This document shows positions 52,101 through 60,472 of a stretch of 64,000 nucleotides of DNA, piece by piece. A program made the translations under genes and the position numbers. This stretch comes from Verrucomicrobiales bacterium. GTDB taxonomy: Bacteria > Verrucomicrobiota > Verrucomicrobiia > Verrucomicrobiales > V1-33. The notes beneath the pieces are model-generated. The model ran no database searches. It was not told where the DNA came from and was given only the letters and a program-made list of their open reading frames with translations. The DNA is taken from assembly GCA_031411295.1 (NCBI GenBank), contig JANOAV010000134.1, positions 69,953 to 133,952 of the forward strand, written 5' to 3'. The first letter of the stretch is position 1; each line of letters begins with the position of its first letter.

Positions 52101-53812
52101 CTCTGGAACACTTCTACATGCCGGGTGCGCGGAGCCCACCGCCCAGCTTCATTACTGAGGCGGTAAATCATATCGTTGTGCATCAGCGAGCGATCATATT
52201 GATAGGGCGCATTGAGCACGAAATCATCATTCGATGCAAAGCCCAGGGGCGAAACATCCTTCCCTGCATTCGACTCATCAAGCGCCCCCATCGTCATGGA
52301 ATATTTCAACGCTCCAAAGGTGCTGGAGCCACGCCTTTCAAAGTAACCAGGCGTGGCCAGATCCGGCAGATTGGTCATCCGCGCTACCATGGCTGTGCCT
52401 TCCAGTTTTGGCTCAAACGTGAACCATACCGCCTGTTTTGTGTCCTCTGGCGTGGTGCCGGTCGGAGCCGCAGCATTGGGATGCCCACTGCCCCAGCTGT
52501 GGAGAATCATGATGGGCAAATTCGACGTGAACGTCTGCGCGGCGGCATCGAGTGCCAAATAGGCTTCGCTGGCGATGGGGCCATCGGGACGTCCTGCTTC
52601 AAAAGCTCGCGCACGAATGCGCTGACTGTAGTTTACCGTCAACGCACCAGCATAAATGGGGGAAGGTATTCGTCGAATCGTCATGGTCCCAGCACCCGTG
52701 GTCGTTAGGTCGATCGCGACCCCGCCCGGAGTGGCAGTCAGGCGATACGTATTGCGATCGATCAACTGAATGTAGTAGTTCGTGCCTGCCAGCAGAGGTG
52801 CAGGCAAACTCCCTGTGGAAGAAACCTGCACCTGATCCCAATCGTAAAACGGATGATAGGCAGTCGTGCAAATATCCGTGATGGCTGCGGTGAAATACGC
52901 CGCCTGCCGACGAACGGAGTTCACGCCGGTTCCCACCGCCGTGATGTCCACGGGCGTGCCGCCGGGGCTGTCGGAAAGTTTAAACGTATTGGCGCTGAGG
53001 ACGACGACGTAGTAGTTCAACGCCAGCCCCAAGCCCACCGGCAAAGTTCCCGTGGTGGCCACCTGCACTTCATCACGCTCGGTTAGTCCATGGGCGGTCA
53101 TGGTGCAGATGTCGGTGGCGGGATCCACCGTGAAGTCCCCGGTGATTCCGGTTGCCGCAATCGGGATGGCGCGGTTGACCGTGTAGCGAATCGTGGGAGT
53201 GAGCGTGGGCGTGCTCAAGGATACCGTTAGGGTGCTCCCTTGATTGAACGTTCGACTGCTCAACGAGAAACGCACCACATCCGCCCGGGATGAGCCCGGA
53301 GGATTCGCCACCCCTGGCGAAGGCACATCGAAATAACCGGTGAGAGAGCCCAGCACCGGATTCAGCATTCCGTAGGAAACATCCGCCGTCTGCGCAGGAA
53401 AGGTGGGGGCGTATTCTGACAAAGCCGCGCCACCACCGGGCGCATACAGCCCCAGATACTCGCCACTGGCGCTGAGGCTGAAGTTTGTGTGCAGCGCTGA
53501 GCCTAACGTGCGACGATCCTTGTTGCTGGCGAAAACTACCACGTAGCCACCCGCAGGAATCGTGTAGCCCGCTGGAAACACCCATTTTGCAGGAATTGCG
53601 GCACTATCCGTCAAGGTATAGCCGCCCAGATCCAGTGTGGTGGGATCGGGATTGTGAATTTCGATCCAATCCTGTCGTGTGTTATCCGCATCGACGATGC
53701 CCGTATTATTATTGGCGAGAAACTCCGTAATCAACGGAGTCGCCAGAGCAGAGACAGAGGAACCCGCCAGAGTGAGGAGCACTAGCGGAAGGAGATAGGG
53801 GAAAGTTCTCAT
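49166..53812 (-). CDS. Large secreted CotH-kinase protein with lamin-tail and Fn3/chitobiase-like domains
   Basis: Signal peptide from ATG 53812, LITEFLANN, RGSST, DRSLMHN, YYGVY and GPIFDFDRAMG. Confidence 0.88.
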   Translation of the reverse strand: MRTFPYLLPLVLLTLAGSSVSALATPLITEFLANNNTGIVDADNTRQDWIEIHNPDPTTLDLGGYTLTDSAAIPAKWVFPAGYTIPAGGYVVVFASNKDRRTLGSALHTNFSLSASGEYLGLYAPGGGAALSEYAPTFPAQTADVSYGMLNPVLGSLTGYFDVPSPGVANPPGSSRADVVRFSLSSRTFNQGSTLTVSLSTPTLTPTIRYTVNRAIPIAATGITGDFTVDPATDICTMTAHGLTERDEVQVATTGTLPVGLGLALNYYVVVLSANTFKLSDSPGGTPVDITAVGTGVNSVRRQAAYFTAAITDICTTAYHPFYDWDQVQVSSTGSLPAPLLAGTNYYIQLIDRNTYRLTATPGGVAIDLTTTGAGTMTIRRIPSPIYAGALTVNYSQRIRARAFEAGRPDGPIASEAYLALDAAAQTFTSNLPIMILHSWGSGHPNAAAPTGTTPEDTKQAVWFTFEPKLEGTAMVARMTNLPDLATPGYFERRGSSTFGALKYSMTMGALDESNAGKDVSPLGFASNDDFVLNAPYQYDRSLMHNDMIYRLSNEAGRWAPRTRHVEVFQSVDNEVAASGTTPAWGYVAGATTGADYYGVYSFQDKIKRGSGRLDIEKMNATDNTAPNVQGGYIFKIDRLDLGDAGVAAAGRTFALVQPKEYTSYPSHLPVMTAAQKTYLATTLNNMYAACTGPNLMSPTLGYQAHFDVPAIIDHHLFSTAAKSADAFRLSGYWHKSRFGKLVMGPIFDFDRAMGSTEPSDPRSLLPTTWRCDTSDFGTDFFHNNAAIFTPNYFDYMFQDPNFWQAWVDRLEELRQGVLSTAHVHAIIDEYTELLDPGNGANTPAKRNFQKFTSVLPVAANANSPGTDGTFRGEARWLKNWWGKAGAVTANGRLDFMDGQFIRPAVPSLAAGPVASGATMSLSSPSQATSGVKIYYTLNGTDPRPQATVVDSLAALGTVSTPLDEVNPVRAIVPTSAAVGGTIGTEWRGADLNSNGNNQDDFNDSTWFTNAVGAKSGVGYDDSTVSPAVDYLPFLGLRWNTATFSSGTVNTSNVMRSGTIGGTAYAGNQTCYIRLPFTLSSTDAALLVSPNKLILQMRYDDGFIAYLNGVEVAKANQPATYPTLAYNSAAATTHADPDSIIFQTYDITAFMANAHVGNNILAIHGLNSGLGSSDLIQQAKLTIQGGKAFVPAFAPAAVEYTGPLTITAPTQIFARTLNPVRASDPPTYTGGGTGPVPNGSSWSAPTKLYYFPGAATASPSNIQISEVLYHPAPPTAAEITAGYLASNDFEFIRLTNLGAAPVDLTGMYFSNGLNFTAAPGLQNWLPVGASVVVVENRNAFISRYGSTFTILGEFTGELDDGGEHIVLNDKTGAVIADFVYGDTAPWPVEADDGHSLLYVAGPVGMATSWVASVDAGGSAVTNYTTWTQRNFTVGTLAADKLAAADPDHDGLNNLGEYAFATDPLTCGTREATLASGLLGSPGAFTATRRKGATDVTYIPQMTTTLQDWTPVTAPPTITDNGNGTETCTWTLPTGSPGRVFVRVMVTTP

Positions 53813-53931
53813 GGTCGCGTAGATTACCCAAACGGCGGGCCTGCGGTCAAGACATTTGGTGGGAAACTGGCGGTGCGGAAGCCGCGGTCTGTGTGGTCTT
53901 TCCGCGGAATCTTGCTGCAAAGATCACCAAA

Positions 53932-54206
53932 GGCACCAAAGGTGGTCTGCACAGTCCTCTGCGCGGATGGGGTTGCGCTGGCGGCGGAGAATTGGCTTGA
54001 AGTGGTTCCTTTTACCCCAAGGCTATCTTGTAGAATCTTTTACCGCAAATTTTTTACCATCTCCTCTCAATGCACTGAGACTAACACACTATGCATTGGT
54101 ATGGTAAAAGATTTGTGGTAAAAAATGAAGCAGTGGCAATTGGGATTTGAGTGGCGGAAAGGCTCCATTGCACCGCACAGAGGACTGTGCGGACCACCTT
54201 TGTGCC
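53932..54206. repeat. Nested inverted-repeat element (REPIN/MITE-like), family C
   Basis: Outer IR GGCACCAAAGGTGGTCTGCACAGTCCTCTGCGCGG / CCGCACAGAGGACTGTGCGGACCACCTTTGTGCC. Inner IR TTTTACCGCAAATTTTTTACCAT / ATGGTAAAAGATTTGTGGTAAAA. Confidence 0.75.
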
Positions 54207-54234
54207 ACCGTAGCTGGGCGACTAACTTCGGTAG

Positions 54235-56397
54235 TTGCGTTTCGTCGAGTCCACCTATTGTGATCGTGTGCTAAAACTCAGACGATTGTTTCACCGAAAC
54301 CAACTCTTAGCTGTCTTGATAGGGACGGTGCTAGGGGGCGGCGCGCGTTTTTTCGATGCTGGGATAAAAGTGGAATCACGAAATTCCACCAAAGCTAGCG
54401 TCGGGGAAAGGATTGAAAAATACGGCGCCACCGCTCGTCCCACGGTCGAGGCAATCATGGCTTCAGAAGGCCTGGAGTCTTCCCTGCTCTGCCTGAGATG
54501 GCTGGAAAAGGCCACAGCCGCAGATTGTGCGGCAGCTGCGACTCGCTTGGCGAAGGGCCGCAAAGACCATGAGTGGTCAGACTACCGGAGCTGGATGTTT
54601 TATCGGCGGTGGGCGGAGCTGGACCCCAAGGCCGCCATGGCATTTTGCCTGACGCAAAAATACATCGATTTACAAGGCTTGGATGTCATCCTTGAAGTCT
54701 GGGGTCGCACGGATTTCTCTGAAGCATGGGCCGCAGCGGAAGCCTTACCTGAGGAGCAGCGGGCGGTGGCCTGCGTGGCTGCTCTAAAGGGCTTGGCTGT
54801 GGTGGATCCTCACCGGGCTTGGGCGGAGGCGCTGGCCCATCAAAACATCGTAAAGTCTGAAGATGATAAGTTGGATATCCTGGCATGCATGGCCAGGACA
54901 GATCCAGCGGGAGCGGTAGCATTGATTCCTCCTGCAAAAGAGGCTTGGTATGATGAGTGGAAAGCCGTGAGACAGTTGTTTGGCATGTGGGGAGCGCGCG
55001 ACCTCCCTGCGGCTTGGGCTTATGCCACCGGTCTTCAGGATAAAACCCTGAGCACGGAAGCCTGCCAGGGCGTGCTGGAGCGATTGATTAATGGAGACCT
55101 AACCGCCGCGCAAAAGTTCCTGGCCACCTTTCCGCTGGATTCCATGGTTTCATGGAAAGGAAAATTGGCCGAGCAATTTGCCTATCAAGATCCGGCCGGA
55201 GCCCGCGCTTGGGCGGAAGGTCTGGGTGCAGGACCCGGCCGCACACGAGCATTGGCGGGCGTGGCCTTGGTGCTGACCCGCTCCGGGCAGCCGGAAGAGG
55301 CACTGCCTGTATTTGCCAGCATGAAATGGGCCATCGATCCTCCTCAGAGCCACGAACGCGAAGTCATCACGGAGGACAGCTCCAGTTCCAGTTCGGCAGT
55401 TGCGATGGGGGAGGGAGATTTCGGCAGAGAAGTTAGTAGTGCCATGGCAGCAGCCCTGACCGCCTGGGGACAGCGCGATCCCGCCGCAGCCTTGAAGCAA
55501 AGTTCCGCAGCCCTAGCCACTGCCAAGGATGCGGCCATGTTGGCTGGCGTGAATATCGTTTCCGACTGGGCCGAGCGCGATTCCGCAGCTGCGCTGGCCA
55601 ACGTTGCATCCCTGCCGAAAGATAGTGTAGAATTTCGTGATAAATTGCTAGGAAGAGTTATCGACCTGTGGGTCCGCCAAGATTTCTCAGTGGCTCAGAC
55701 TGCGGTAGAAGCACTTCCAGCAGGAGAATTGCGCTCCCGGGCTGCGCAGTCTATCGTTGATCACTCGGTGCAGAGCGATCCATCCTCAGCGTTTGCCTGG
55801 GCCTTGCGATACAACGCCGAGTCCAAGGGCGAGTTGCTGAAACATACATTTTACAAGGGGTTGGAGGACAATCCGCAATCCACTCTGGCACAGTTCGACT
55901 CCCTGCAAATGCCGCCAGAGGCTCGTCGTGAAGTGGCATTACTTCTGGCAGATAGTTTCAAGGACGATGAACCACTGACTGCCGTGAACGTCCTCCTGAA
56001 AGAAAACATTGCTGACAACGCATTGGAACAGTCGCTGGAAAGCTATCTGCGCCAGTTTCCCACGGCGGCTTCTCAGTGGGTCCGGGATCTGCCTAACGGG
56101 GAGGTTCGAGAGTATAGCGTTGCCACCCTGGCTACCCATCTACGAAGGCAGGATGAACCGGATTTCGAGGCCGCATTCATCTGGGCACAGACCATGCAGG
56201 CCTCCGAGAAACGGGATGAAGCGCTGTTTTATACGCTTAGCAGTTGGGAGAAAGGCCAGCCGGGGGCCGCTAAGCAGGCATTAGACGCATCCAAATTACC
56301 GCCCGCAGAACGTTCCCGGCTGCTGGAAAAGTTGGGCAAACCTCCCGATGCGTCGAGCAAACCTCCCGTATTCCTGAACGATCCCTGGGCTCCCTAA
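54235..56397 (+). CDS. Alpha-helical repeat protein (W..DP.AA..WA repeats); start uncertain
   Basis: Recurrent WAELDPKAA / DPAGARAWA / DPSSAFAWA units; N-terminal hydrophobic segment. Confidence 0.8.
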   Translation: MRFVESTYCDRVLKLRRLFHRNQLLAVLIGTVLGGGARFFDAGIKVESRNSTKASVGERIEKYGATARPTVEAIMASEGLESSLLCLRWLEKATAADCAAAATRLAKGRKDHEWSDYRSWMFYRRWAELDPKAAMAFCLTQKYIDLQGLDVILEVWGRTDFSEAWAAAEALPEEQRAVACVAALKGLAVVDPHRAWAEALAHQNIVKSEDDKLDILACMARTDPAGAVALIPPAKEAWYDEWKAVRQLFGMWGARDLPAAWAYATGLQDKTLSTEACQGVLERLINGDLTAAQKFLATFPLDSMVSWKGKLAEQFAYQDPAGARAWAEGLGAGPGRTRALAGVALVLTRSGQPEEALPVFASMKWAIDPPQSHEREVITEDSSSSSSAVAMGEGDFGREVSSAMAAALTAWGQRDPAAALKQSSAALATAKDAAMLAGVNIVSDWAERDSAAALANVASLPKDSVEFRDKLLGRVIDLWVRQDFSVAQTAVEALPAGELRSRAAQSIVDHSVQSDPSSAFAWALRYNAESKGELLKHTFYKGLEDNPQSTLAQFDSLQMPPEARREVALLLADSFKDDEPLTAVNVLLKENIADNALEQSLESYLRQFPTAASQWVRDLPNGEVREYSVATLATHLRRQDEPDFEAAFIWAQTMQASEKRDEALFYTLSSWEKGQPGAAKQALDASKLPPAERSRLLEKLGKPPDASSKPPVFLNDPWAP

Positions 56398-56399
56398 CT

Positions 56400-58343
56400 A
56401 TGAAATTTCTCGTTATAGTGTTGATCTCAGGTGTGCTGGCGTGGTTCGTCGGCGGCTCTTGGCGCACGGGGACAGCCGCTCCTGACGCAGGAGTTACCCC
56501 GCATGCTAACACGGAAACTCCCGCCGTGATCACTGCGCCAACAGTGGCGGAAATCACGGCCATAGCACCCGAGAAACGACTCAGTGCAATCACCCGATTT
56601 AGTCAGCTTTCATCCGTGCGCGAGATCATGGAAGCCTTGGGGCAACTGGATGAATTACCCAGTCGCGAGGCTGGTCTGGCGAGTCAGGTATTATTTAAGC
56701 GCTGGGCTGAGTTGGCTCCAGAGCAAGCCATGCGCTACGTGCTGGCGAAGCAGAATGGAGATAGTTCCGTGATGTTTGATGAGTTCAGGGTTATCCTGAA
56801 TGTGTTGCGCACCACGGATCCCGCTCATCCGCTGGATTTGTTGATGAAATATAATCCATACTACGTCAACACTGGTTGGGCGTATGGCATTGATTTTGCC
56901 ACCTTGCAGGCGACCCTTGAGCGTTACCCTGAGGGAGATTTGTCTTCAGATATAGCGCATAAAATGTGGAGGCAATTGATCCCCACTGACCCGAAAACCG
57001 GCAAGGGCGTCCCCACTCCTGAAGATCTGGCCTCGGCTGCTGAGAAAATTTCCAAGATACCTGAGGAAATACGGGGCCGTTTTTACGGCTATTTGGCAGA
57101 AGCCTGGGCAGAGCAGGGTCTTGCATCTGCGATTGCGTGGGCGAAGGCGCAACCGCAGGAGTATCAAGACTACTGCATTGCTAGCATTGTTCGAAATCGG
57201 CTGAAGAGCGCCCGTGATCTCGCCACCGTTGAGACAATTTTCTCCCACATAAATGATTCGGGAACCTTGAAAAAGCTCATCTCCAGCCTAAATCAGCAGA
57301 ATCCCGTGCTGGCTCTAACTTGGTTCACTGCCCATGCAGATGAACCAGTTGCGCAAAGTCAACGCAGGCTACAGGAGGAAATATTAAGGAACGTGGCCAC
57401 AAAAAATCCCGAACTTGCCCTGCGATGGCTGGAGGCAAATCCTGATGTTTCTGAGGTGCTGCGCGATAAGACGCTGGCTGTAGCAGTGGAGACGATTTCC
57501 CCCAAGGACCCTGCGCGAGCTTGGACACTAGCAGGCGGTCTTTCGAAGACGAGGCAACGCTGGCTTTCTGAAAAGATAGCCCCCGAACTAGCGAAGCAGG
57601 ATCTGGATGCAGGGTTAGCTTTGGCGCTGAAAGGAAATTTCGTTGCGGATACACTAGCTAAAATTGTGAGCGATTGGAAATCGACGAAGGAATTCCAAAC
57701 TCAAGGACTCCAACCGATGATCGATAAACTTTCGGCCTTGGCTCCCGAGAAATTAGGCGAAGTTATTAATCCATCGTTTTTCAAAACCATTCCCGCGTAT
57801 CAAGATTTCCTCAATCAGCTTACCCCGGAGCAACGAGATGGAGCACTGAAGACTGGGGCAAGTGCGCTCATGTCTGCAGATCTGAATGCTGCTGCCACCT
57901 ACTTCGCCACGCAAGCGCCCGGCCCTGGTCGCAGCGCAGCCATGGCGGAGACAGCAGTGACGTTTGCGGAAGCGAATCCCACTGGGGGAACGACCTGGCT
58001 CGCAAATCTGCCGGACGACAAAGCAAAACTATTGGCGATGCAGAACTTTGCTAACTCCTATTTCAAATCTCACCCCGCTGACGCTACGGCTTGGATGGAA
58101 AGCCTGCCAGCGAAGGAGGCAGAGACCGCCCGCAGCACTTATGTGGGAATTCTGATTAACAACGGCAAATCCGCCACCGCTTGGGAGCAGGCCCTGAAGC
58201 TCTCTGCAGAAGCACGTGAGGAGTCCCTGGCACAAGTGATTGCCGGATGGAAAGACCGGGCCGCCGCCCAAGCCGCCATTTCAGCAAGCAAGCTGGATGA
58301 CACAACGCAGCAACGCTTGAGCAAGAATATTCCCGCTCAATAG
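56400..58343 (+). CDS. Alpha-helical repeat protein, related to the upstream gene
   Basis: N-terminal TM/signal; WAELAPEQA, NPELALRWL and DPARAW repeats; 2-bp gap to the upstream stop. Confidence 0.8.
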   Translation: MKFLVIVLISGVLAWFVGGSWRTGTAAPDAGVTPHANTETPAVITAPTVAEITAIAPEKRLSAITRFSQLSSVREIMEALGQLDELPSREAGLASQVLFKRWAELAPEQAMRYVLAKQNGDSSVMFDEFRVILNVLRTTDPAHPLDLLMKYNPYYVNTGWAYGIDFATLQATLERYPEGDLSSDIAHKMWRQLIPTDPKTGKGVPTPEDLASAAEKISKIPEEIRGRFYGYLAEAWAEQGLASAIAWAKAQPQEYQDYCIASIVRNRLKSARDLATVETIFSHINDSGTLKKLISSLNQQNPVLALTWFTAHADEPVAQSQRRLQEEILRNVATKNPELALRWLEANPDVSEVLRDKTLAVAVETISPKDPARAWTLAGGLSKTRQRWLSEKIAPELAKQDLDAGLALALKGNFVADTLAKIVSDWKSTKEFQTQGLQPMIDKLSALAPEKLGEVINPSFFKTIPAYQDFLNQLTPEQRDGALKTGASALMSADLNAAATYFATQAPGPGRSAAMAETAVTFAEANPTGGTTWLANLPDDKAKLLAMQNFANSYFKSHPADATAWMESLPAKEAETARSTYVGILINNGKSATAWEQALKLSAEAREESLAQVIAGWKDRAAAQAAISASKLDDTTQQRLSKNIPAQ

Positions 58344-58363
58344 CAGAAGCAAAATCGTTCACC

Positions 58364-58600
58364 TCCCCAGGCGACTACCGAGCCATCCCCCTTCAAGCCC
58401 AGAGCGTGGTCGTTTCCTCCTGCAATCGCCACCGCCCCGATTAGACCTGGCGGCACGGTGGTCTGGCCGTAGGAATTCGCACCCCAAGCGACGAGCTGAG
58501 CTTGAGCACCGGAAAGCGTCGCGAGGACGCCGAGGAAAGAGAGCAGGCTCCCTAACACCTGAGTAGCACAACGCGCTGGCCTCAAAACGCTCCACCGCCG
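58364..58600 (-). pseudogene. Truncated 5' remnant of a secreted RCC1-repeat protein
   Basis: Signal peptide (LLSFLGVLATLSGAQA) plus one RCC1 repeat VAWGANSYGQTTVP..VAIAGGNDHALGLKGDGSVVAWG, then an abrupt end. Confidence 0.65.
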
Positions 58601-58703
58601 CACCTTAGTAATTTTGGTGGTGGCAGGTGGTGCCCCCTTTTCACCTTGCATTCAGCAACTGCCGCCGCTCCGTTCAGGAAAATTTCACCCACAGATCTGC
58701 CCC

Positions 58704-60434
58704 ATGACTCCCTCTTCTGAAGCTATTGCTGCCTTACGTTCCCGACGCTGGTTCGGGCCTGCTGATTTACGTTCGTTCGGGCATCGCTCGCGCGCGAAGC
58801 AGATGGGCTGGGCGGAAGAGGATTGGAAGGATCGGCCCATCATCGCGATTCTGAATACGTGGTCGGAGCTGAATCCGTGCCACATTCATTTTCGGATGCT
58901 GGTGGATCACATCAAGAAAGGTGTCTATCAGGCTGGGGGCTTTCCGGTGGAGGTTCCGGTGCTATCGCTGAGCGAAACGTTCATGAAGCCTACCACGATG
59001 TTCTATCGCAACTTATTGGCGATGGAGACGGAAGAGGTGCTGCGGTGTCATCCCATCGATGGGTCCATTTTGCTGGGCGGATGTGATAAGAATATTCCTG
59101 CGCTACTGATGGGTGCCATTACAGCTAACCTACCAACAGTGTTCGTTCCCGGTGGCCCCATGCTGCGTGGAAACTGGCACGGCAAGGTGTTGGGCAGCGG
59201 TTCGGATTCCTGGAAATATTGGGATGAGTTGCGGGCGGGAAATATCACCGAATCCGAGTGGTGCGAAATCGAAGACGGCATCGCACGCAGCCACGGCCAT
59301 TGTATGACTATGGGCACTGCCAGCACGATGACCGCCATCACGGAAGCGTTGGGTTTCTGCCTGCCGGGAGCTTCCACTATTCCGGCTAGCGATTCTGCCC
59401 ACCCGCGCATGGCCGCTGCCGCCGGAAGGCAAATCGTCGCCAATGTCTGGGCGAACCTAACCCCGGATAAAATTGCCACGGCGGATGCGTTCCACAACGC
59501 TATTGTGACGGACATGGCCATCGGCGGCAGCACGAATGCGATTGTTCACTTGCTCGCCATGGCACGTCGGGCCGGCGTGAAATTGGCTTTACCGGACTTC
59601 GATCGCATTTCCGCGCAGACCCCGTGGATATTGAATCTACGGCCTGCGGGAGAATTCCTCATGGAGGATTTCTACTATGCGGGAGGATTGTCAGCGTTGC
59701 TGAAAGAACTGGGCTCCAATCTGCGCACTGCGGCCCTAACGGTGACCGGAAAATCCATCGGAGAGAATATCGCCAACGCGCAGAACTACAATCAGCAGGT
59801 CATCCGCCCGCTCGGAAATGCGCTTTCCCCAGAAGGCGGCACCACCATTTTGTCCGGCAATATTTGCCCGAACGGAGCGGTCATCAAACATGCCGCCGCC
59901 CAACCGCATCTCTTGCAACACACCGGACCGGCCATCGTCTTCGCCAACTACGACGAGTTGGCTGCTAACATCGACGATCCTGCTCTCGATGTGACCGCCG
60001 ACAGCGTCATCGTCCTCCAAAGCGGCGGCCCGGTGGGCGCTCCAGGCATGCCGGAATGGGGCATGTTGCCGATCCCCAAGAAATTACTGGAACAGGGTGT
60101 GCGCGACATGCTGCGCATCTCCGACGCCCGCATGTCCGGCACCAGTTATGGAGCCTGCGTGCTGCACATAGCTCCTGAAAGTGCCGTGGGAGGGCCGTTC
60201 GCGCTTGTCCGCACGGGCGATACCATCACCTTGGATGTGCCCGCCAAGAAACTAACGTTGAATGTTTCCGATGCAGAGCTAGCCGAACGCAAAGCCGCTT
60301 GGCAACCTCCTGCGCCCTACAGCCATCGCGGCTACGCCAGCCTCTTCATCAACCAAGTGACCCAAGCCGATGAAGGCTGCGATTTCAAATTCCTCCATCC
60401 GGATGGCAATCAACTGGAACCGCAGATTCACTAG
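58704..60434 (+). CDS. IlvD/Edd-family sugar-acid dehydratase (L-arabinonate dehydratase-like)
   Basis: NPCH, KPTTMFYRNL, GGCDK, CMTMGTASTM, PGMPEWG and SDARMSGTSYG. Confidence 0.92.
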   Translation: MTPSSEAIAALRSRRWFGPADLRSFGHRSRAKQMGWAEEDWKDRPIIAILNTWSELNPCHIHFRMLVDHIKKGVYQAGGFPVEVPVLSLSETFMKPTTMFYRNLLAMETEEVLRCHPIDGSILLGGCDKNIPALLMGAITANLPTVFVPGGPMLRGNWHGKVLGSGSDSWKYWDELRAGNITESEWCEIEDGIARSHGHCMTMGTASTMTAITEALGFCLPGASTIPASDSAHPRMAAAAGRQIVANVWANLTPDKIATADAFHNAIVTDMAIGGSTNAIVHLLAMARRAGVKLALPDFDRISAQTPWILNLRPAGEFLMEDFYYAGGLSALLKELGSNLRTAALTVTGKSIGENIANAQNYNQQVIRPLGNALSPEGGTTILSGNICPNGAVIKHAAAQPHLLQHTGPAIVFANYDELAANIDDPALDVTADSVIVLQSGGPVGAPGMPEWGMLPIPKKLLEQGVRDMLRISDARMSGTSYGACVLHIAPESAVGGPFALVRTGDTITLDVPAKKLTLNVSDAELAERKAAWQPPAPYSHRGYASLFINQVTQADEGCDFKFLHPDGNQLEPQIH

Positions 60435-60472
60435 CCATCAACAGCGATCACCCGGGCTAGATGTGGTTTCCT

